This document shows, one piece after another, positions 56,419 through 64,000 of a stretch of DNA of 64,000 nucleotides. Source of the DNA: Escherichia phage ECML-359. The stretch lies in the sequence record OL631482.1, one strand, 5' to 3'. Position 1 is the stretch's first letter, and every line of letters starts with the position of its first letter. Under the pieces are notes generated by a model. It worked only from the letters and a program-made list of their open reading frames with translations, was not told where the DNA came from and ran no database searches. Both the position numbers and the translations under genes were made by a program.

Positions 56419-57968
56419 TGACAACGACTAACACGCTAAAACACATTAGCGATAAATCCGAATATAAAACATTCGACCCGACGGGAACAGCTTTCCCGTC
56501 GACTGTTACCAACGTGCAAGAGGCTTTAGGGTCTCTTAATAAAATTGCGTTAGATGGATATATCCCAGCCTCATCCGAAACGACCGCAGGACTCATCAGG
56601 CTAGCCACCACACAAGAAGTTATTGATGGTATTAGTCCAGACTCTGCTGTCACCCCAGCGACCTTAAAAGCTCGTTTAGACATTCCTACGCAAGCTACAG
56701 AAACTTATGTAGGTATTACCCGTTATGCAACCAATGCCGAAGCAATTGCCGGGACAGTAACCGATGCAGCTATTGTTCCATCTTCATTAAAAGCAACAAT
56801 TGATAATGTTTTTACTGTTCGTGTTGGTACTGAAAATAACCTGGGTGTTCTTCGTATTAGTACCGAGGATGCAGCTTTAGCTGGCACAGATGACACAACC
56901 GCTATGTCTCCGTTGAAAGTTGCTCTGGCAATTGGCAAAGCAACAGCGGCGCTTCCAACTTATTCAACTGCCACACAAACTGTTTCTGGTTTAGTACGAA
57001 TTGCTACAAATGCTGAAGTGCAAGCAGGAACCCTGGGTGACGGTGTAGCAATTTCTCCAGCAGGTTTAAATGCTCGTACAGCAACACAAGACCGCGCTGG
57101 GATTATTCGTCTTGGTAATCAGTCAGAGATTAATAACAGTGCTGATGGTGTTGCGGTAACTGGCGCAACTCTTAATGGTCGTGGAGCCACAACCGATAAT
57201 CGCGGCGTCGTTAGATTAACTACTCAGGCTGGGGTTGCTCCTGGTGGTGATGGTGCCGGTGCACTGGCTTGGAATGCTGATGTAATCAACACTCGCGGTG
57301 GTCAACGAATTAATGGAAGTCTTTCTTTAGATTATATTTCCACCGGCAATTTTGATTCCAATACAGCTCATATGGGCGGTCAATTACTTTCTACACAGCG
57401 TTATGCTTCTGAACGGGTTCCAGTTGGAACGGTGATGATGTTCGCAGGTGATAGTGCTCCTCCTGGCTGGATTATGTGTCACGGCGGCACCGTTAATGGT
57501 GACCAATTCCCTGACTATCGAAATACTGTTGGAACTCGTTTCGGTGGCGATTGGACCAACGTCGGTATTCCTGATATGCGTGGTTTGTTTGTTCGTGGTG
57601 CTGGTACCGGTGGACATATTCTGAATAACCGCGGTCAAGATGGTTATGGCAAAGACCGTTTGGGTGTTGGTTGTGATGGTTCATGGGTCGGTGGTGTACA
57701 AGCTCAGCAAATGTCATATCATAAACACGCGGGTGGTTGGGGTGAATACCAACGTAACGAAGCTCCATTTGGTGCATCAGTTTATCAAGGTTATCTGGGT
57801 ACAAGAAAATATGCAGACTGGGATAACGCTTCATATTTTACTAACGATGGATTTGAACTCGGTGGCGGCAGAGATGCTTTAGGTACGTTAAACCGTGAAG
57901 GTCTTATTGGTTATGAAACTCGCCCATGGAATATGTCTTTAAACTATATTATCAAAATTCATTACTAA
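56418..57968 (+). CDS. 12: short tail fibre gp12
   Basis: 516 aa; repetitive Thr/Ala/Gly-rich shaft (IRLATTQEVIDG, TRYATNAEAIAG, VRIATNAEVQAG repeats). Confidence 0.85.
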   Translation: MTTTNTLKHISDKSEYKTFDPTGTAFPSTVTNVQEALGSLNKIALDGYIPASSETTAGLIRLATTQEVIDGISPDSAVTPATLKARLDIPTQATETYVGITRYATNAEAIAGTVTDAAIVPSSLKATIDNVFTVRVGTENNLGVLRISTEDAALAGTDDTTAMSPLKVALAIGKATAALPTYSTATQTVSGLVRIATNAEVQAGTLGDGVAISPAGLNARTATQDRAGIIRLGNQSEINNSADGVAVTGATLNGRGATTDNRGVVRLTTQAGVAPGGDGAGALAWNADVINTRGGQRINGSLSLDYISTGNFDSNTAHMGGQLLSTQRYASERVPVGTVMMFAGDSAPPGWIMCHGGTVNGDQFPDYRNTVGTRFGGDWTNVGIPDMRGLFVRGAGTGGHILNNRGQDGYGKDRLGVGCDGSWVGGVQAQQMSYHKHAGGWGEYQRNEAPFGASVYQGYLGTRKYADWDNASYFTNDGFELGGGRDALGTLNREGLIGYETRPWNMSLNYIIKIHY

Positions 57969-57976
57969 GGACCAAA

Positions 57977-59602
57977 ATGATTAATAAACTCAGTCTCAAA
58001 GAACTGCCGTATAGCATCGGTATTCCAGACGAAGGTCAACAGAGAATTCGTTGGATACAAAACGGCGATTGTATGACTGCGGCCAGTACCAAATATGGTC
58101 ATGATGGTAATTTGAACGCCGCTGCAGTTGGCGTTCAAACAAACGTAGATACACTCGACGACAACTCAAATGCATCTAAAGAAAAAATAAACGAAATTAT
58201 TGATAACGTCAATAATATTCAGGAAGCTTTGAATATAACAACTAACACGGAAGTTGTTAAACAAATTGAAAAAAACCGTACAGATATTCTTGACCTTGAT
58301 GAACGTCAATTTAATACCGAATTGTTATCAAGCGAAACATCTGAAGACCTTAAAAAGTTAAAAGAAGATGTTGGTGTTTATGACCCGTTAACCGATTCAT
58401 ATTATCGCACAGTTCGTAATGACCTCGTATGGATTAAAAATGAATTAGGCCAGTATGTTGACCAAGATATAAATGGTCTCCAGGTTATCGGCAATCCGTC
58501 AAAAGGCATGAAACGCCGCATCATCGATAACAGTTCGGCTATTGTTGCTCATGGAGTTCGTATTAAGACTCTTGAAGATAACTATCATGATTCTGATGTT
58601 GGTTCTCTTAACGTAAAAGTAATTAAAATTCGTGAAGAATTAGGTGAGTCTACTTTAGCAACAGGTAAACCGGCTGTATTTGTTCGACTGAATATTCTTG
58701 ACGACAAAGTAGTCGAAATTGACGAAGATATTGTCAACATTCAAGAAGCTATTGGTTTTGGTAACGGACTTGCAATTACAACTCGCGTTGAAAATCTTGG
58801 TGGACGTGTTTCGGTCAATGAAACAGATATTGCGGATATCAAACCAAGACTTGTTAAGGTTGAAGCTGATATCGGCACCGCTCTGGAACCATTAACAATT
58901 AATGGTCGAATCAGTGCTTTGCGCTCGGATGTTAATGGCTTACAGGTTGTTGTTGGCCAGGATTCAAGCTCTGGTTTACGTGGTACCACTGCATGGCTTT
59001 CTCAGAGAATCGGTACAGAGCAATCTCCGGAGCCAAACACTATCACGTATAAGTTGAATGCGACCACTACACTGGCTAACGAAACTGCATCAGGCCTTCA
59101 GGATGTACAGGCCGAAATCGGTACAAATAGCACTGGTATGAAAGGCTCTATTTTGACTTTAACTAGCCAGATGAATGGTACAAACCCTAACGGTGCTACC
59201 GTGGCTGAACGTGGTGTTCTTCCGGTTGTAATTAACTTGGATATGCTGATGGCGTCCAAGCTGAACGACGCACCATTGGACAATAAGTTATATGGTCGCA
59301 AGCAAGGAAACTGGACTGAAATTATCGATACCAGAACCGAGATTGATGCAATTAAACTCGATACTGCAAAAATTGCACCATTAACCACTCGCGTGACAAC
59401 CCTTGAAGGTACAGTAACTCCGCTCCCTGGTCGCCTGGATGCGGCCGAGGCGAAGATAACTACTTTAGAAGGTAAAGTATCAGCCTTAGAAACAGAGCTC
59501 GCCAAAAGGCCTCCTGTCGCTCCTGCAGCTGATGGTCTCCCTTATGTGCTCGTTGATAATGCATGGGTTCTTTTGTCTACATTCGTGACTGTTGGACCAT
59601 AA
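57977..59602 (+). CDS. wac: fibritin (whisker antigen control, neck whiskers)
   Basis: Start at MINKLSLKELPY with TAAGGA SD; long coiled-coil repeats; C-terminal foldon-like GLPYVLVDNAWVLLSTFV. Confidence 0.85.
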   Translation: MINKLSLKELPYSIGIPDEGQQRIRWIQNGDCMTAASTKYGHDGNLNAAAVGVQTNVDTLDDNSNASKEKINEIIDNVNNIQEALNITTNTEVVKQIEKNRTDILDLDERQFNTELLSSETSEDLKKLKEDVGVYDPLTDSYYRTVRNDLVWIKNELGQYVDQDINGLQVIGNPSKGMKRRIIDNSSAIVAHGVRIKTLEDNYHDSDVGSLNVKVIKIREELGESTLATGKPAVFVRLNILDDKVVEIDEDIVNIQEAIGFGNGLAITTRVENLGGRVSVNETDIADIKPRLVKVEADIGTALEPLTINGRISALRSDVNGLQVVVGQDSSSGLRGTTAWLSQRIGTEQSPEPNTITYKLNATTTLANETASGLQDVQAEIGTNSTGMKGSILTLTSQMNGTNPNGATVAERGVLPVVINLDMLMASKLNDAPLDNKLYGRKQGNWTEIIDTRTEIDAIKLDTAKIAPLTTRVTTLEGTVTPLPGRLDAAEAKITTLEGKVSALETELAKRPPVAPAADGLPYVLVDNAWVLLSTFVTVGP

Positions 59603-59605
59603 CAA

Positions 59606-59625
59606 AAGGGCTTCGGCCCTTTTTT
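59606..59625 (+). terminator. rho-independent terminator after wac
   Basis: AAGGGCttcgGCCCTT followed by TTTTT. Confidence 0.6.
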
Positions 59626-59627
59626 CG

Positions 59628-59635
59628 TATAAATA
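59628..59635 (+). promoter_or_regulatory. T4-type late promoter TATAAATA for gene 13
   Basis: Exact TATAAATA 18 nt upstream of gp13 ATG with AAGAGGAAAA SD between. Confidence 0.65.
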
Positions 59636-59653
59636 CAGTAAAGAGGAAAACAT

Positions 59654-60592
59654 ATGGCAACTGAATCATACAACCCGAAACAATTAAAAGATGCAATCCT
59701 TCGACGTCTTGGTGCTCCAATTACGAATATCGAAGTTACGACCGAACAGGTCTATGATTGCATCCAGCGTGCATTAGAATTATATGGCGAATATCATTAT
59801 AATGGTTATAACAAAGGTTATCAGGCTTTTTATATCGGTCATGATGACGTTTCACAACAGAAATTTCGCGATGGTGTTTTCGATTTAAAAGGCCGTAATA
59901 TTTTTGCAGTAACGCAGATTATTCGTACTAACGTCGGTTCATTAACTTCGATGGATGGTCAAGCTACATATCCATGGTTCACAGATTTTGTTCTGGGACT
60001 GGCCGGGATTAACGGTGGAATGGGTAGCTCATGTAACAGCTTTGGTCCAAATGCTTTTGGCGCGGACCTTGGTTATTTTACACAGCTTATGCAATACCGT
60101 TCAATGATGCAAGACCTGATGGTTCCGCTGCCAGATTACTGGTATAATGACGATACCGAACAACTTAAAATTATGGGTAACTTCCGCCAGGGAGATGTGA
60201 TTGTAATTGAAGTTTATACAAAATCGTATAACGGCGTGGATTCAATGGTAGGTAATACAGCTGGATATGGTTTTGCTTCGGCCGATTGTGATAATCCGTG
60301 GAATGCTGGCGCACAGTGGGATAACCCGGCGCGCAGAATAAGCGGCATGAGAGCAGGTGAGGACCTTGGACTTCAAGATGGCGCATACAACAACCGTTGG
60401 GTGAAAGACTATGCCACGGCGCTCGTTAAGGAAGTTAACGGCAACGTATTGGCTAAACACCAGGGGATGATGATGCCAGGTGGTACCACGGTTGATGGTG
60501 TTCGTTTAATTGAAGAAGCTCGTATGGAAAAAGAACGTCTCCGCGAAGAACTTGACCTGCTGGATGCACCGACTCCTATATTGGTGGGCTAA
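59654..60592 (+). CDS. 13: neck protein gp13
   Basis: 312 aa; position and size as T4 gp13. Confidence 0.85.
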   Translation: MATESYNPKQLKDAILRRLGAPITNIEVTTEQVYDCIQRALELYGEYHYNGYNKGYQAFYIGHDDVSQQKFRDGVFDLKGRNIFAVTQIIRTNVGSLTSMDGQATYPWFTDFVLGLAGINGGMGSSCNSFGPNAFGADLGYFTQLMQYRSMMQDLMVPLPDYWYNDDTEQLKIMGNFRQGDVIVIEVYTKSYNGVDSMVGNTAGYGFASADCDNPWNAGAQWDNPARRISGMRAGEDLGLQDGAYNNRWVKDYATALVKEVNGNVLAKHQGMMMPGGTTVDGVRLIEEARMEKERLREELDLLDAPTPILVG

Positions 60593-61377
60593 TGGCTACT
60601 TATGACGCAAGATTATTCGCCCGGCTCGAAGACGGGACCGGGTATGACAATATCAATGCTACAGAGATATTGAACCCTTATGTAAACTTTATGCATCATG
60701 AAAATACCCAGACTTTAGCCGATGCTATTGTTGCTGAAAGTATTCAGATGCGCGGAATGTCTCTTTATTATATCCCAAGGCAATTCGTTAAACCGGATTT
60801 GTTATTTGGTGAAGACCTCCAGAGTAAATTTGATAAAGCATGGAAATTTGCTGGATATCTGGATACGTTCGATGCATATCAGGGTGACGGTTCTATCTTT
60901 AGTAAATTCGGTATGACTGTGAACGATGAAATTACAATATCGATTAACCCTAACCTGTTTAAACACCAATGTAACGGAACCGAACCTATTGCCGGGGATT
61001 TGATTTATTTCCCTCTCGATAACAGTCTGTTCGAAATTACGTGGGTGCAGCCTTATGACCCATTCTATCAGGTAGGTCAAAACGCCATTCGTAAAATCAC
61101 CGCGAGCAAATACATTTACTCCGGAGAAGAGCTTAAACCTGAATTGCAACGAAATGAAGGTATTAATATTCCAGAATTCAGTGAGCTCGATTTACAACCA
61201 ATCCACAATATCGATGGTCTTACAGATATCAGCGATATCCCTTATGCTGAATCCAATGAGATTAACGCAGAAGCAGCTGAATATGTTAAACCATATTTTG
61301 TGCAGAATGGTCGTGGACTTGAGGCTCCACCTAAGGCAAAACAGGATAGCTTTGACGATAGTTTCTTTGATGAATAA
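60592..61377 (+). CDS. 14: neck protein gp14
   Basis: 261 aa; position and size as T4 gp14. Confidence 0.85.
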   Translation: MATYDARLFARLEDGTGYDNINATEILNPYVNFMHHENTQTLADAIVAESIQMRGMSLYYIPRQFVKPDLLFGEDLQSKFDKAWKFAGYLDTFDAYQGDGSIFSKFGMTVNDEITISINPNLFKHQCNGTEPIAGDLIYFPLDNSLFEITWVQPYDPFYQVGQNAIRKITASKYIYSGEELKPELQRNEGINIPEFSELDLQPIHNIDGLTDISDIPYAESNEINAEAAEYVKPYFVQNGRGLEAPPKAKQDSFDDSFFDE

Positions 61378-61420
61378 ATACATTTATTAATGCGCCCGAA
61401 CTGGGCGCCTGGAGGTTACT

Positions 61421-62292
61421 TTGTTTGGGCATTTTTATAATTCGTCTCTGCGTCGCTATATCGTTTTAATGGGCGATTTATTTTCCCATGTACAAGTGGC
61501 CAGAACCAGAGAAGACACTGGACTTAAATATATTAAGGTCCCTATTTCTTATGCTTCAAAAGAAAAATTCATGATGCAGCTTGGAAAATGGACCGCTATT
61601 CAGAATACACCGACTCCTGACATGTCACCACAAGAACGTGCTGCTCAGAAGGCTAAAATCGAGACCGTATTGCCCCGTATGAACCTACATATGGTTGACT
61701 TGATGTATAACGGGCAATATAAAACGGCTCTCCAGAATCACACACAGGCGCGATTTGCTAATAACGACCCTCGCAAGCAGATATCTCAATATTCTCCTGT
61801 GCCGGTCAAAATGATTTTCGAGCTTGGAATATATACAAGGCATCAAGATGATATGTTCCAGATTATCGAACAAATCATGCCTTACTTCCAACCACATTTT
61901 AATACAACTATCACCGAACTTTACACGAATGAAATTACATTCGAACGTGATATAAGAATCGTATTGCAGTCCATAGCAATGGATGAGCAAATTGAAGGTG
62001 ATGCAATGACTCGTCGTAGACTCGAATGGTCCATTATGTTCGAAGTTAACGGTTGGTTATATCCACCGGTCAAGGAAGTAGCCGGGGAAATCCGTACTAT
62101 CTATCTTGACTTCTTTGCAAATTCCAGAGAGCTTGCACCGGAGGGCAATTTCGAATCTGTTGACTCGGAAGCTGTTCCACGAGACGTCGACCAAGAAGAC
62201 TGGCAAGGTGAATCTGTTCAAACATATTCGCAGGATATTCCTGTACCGGTTGACCCAGCGCCGCCAGCCCCAAGAAAAAATAGGGTACCACT

Positions 62293-62296
<4 letters not shown>
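61421..62296 (+). CDS. 15: tail sheath stabiliser/tail completion protein gp15 (apparent TTG start)
   Basis: (M)[12 protein letters not shown] matches T4 gp15 N-terminus MFGYFYNSSFRRY as recalled; GGAGG SD 6 nt upstream; no in-frame ATG upstream. Confidence 0.8.

Positions 62297-64000
<1,704 letters not shown>

Overview
This window is a T4-type (T-even, Tevenvirinae-like) myovirus genome segment; protein identities and gene order match T4 closely, judged by reading the translations against recalled T4 sequences, with no database search run. Positions 1-43714 are early/middle genes on the minus strand: gp47 (truncated), gp55, nrdG, nrdD, endonuclease VII, nrdC, tk, regB, internal-protein genes, denV, lysozyme e, nudE, two tRNAs, a second internal-protein array, 57B, 57A, gp1, gp3, gp2, gp4. 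Positions 43763-64000 are the late baseplate/tail/neck/terminase module on the plus strand: gp53, gp5, 5.4, gp6-gp12, wac, gp13-gp16 and the start of gp17. Between the recognisable genes lie hyperplastic stretches of small ORFs punctuated by a repeated hairpin-plus-early-promoter cassette. The most interesting content is in those stretches: arrays of genes carrying the capsid-targeting N-terminus of T4 internal proteins, a Pol-beta-type nucleotidyltransferase, a macro-domain protein, a reverse-oriented collagen-repeat gene, and two families of tandem small paralogs. No CRISPR array, homing endonuclease or intron was recognised. Many small-ORF starts are uncertain, and all functional calls outside the T4 core rest on motifs only.
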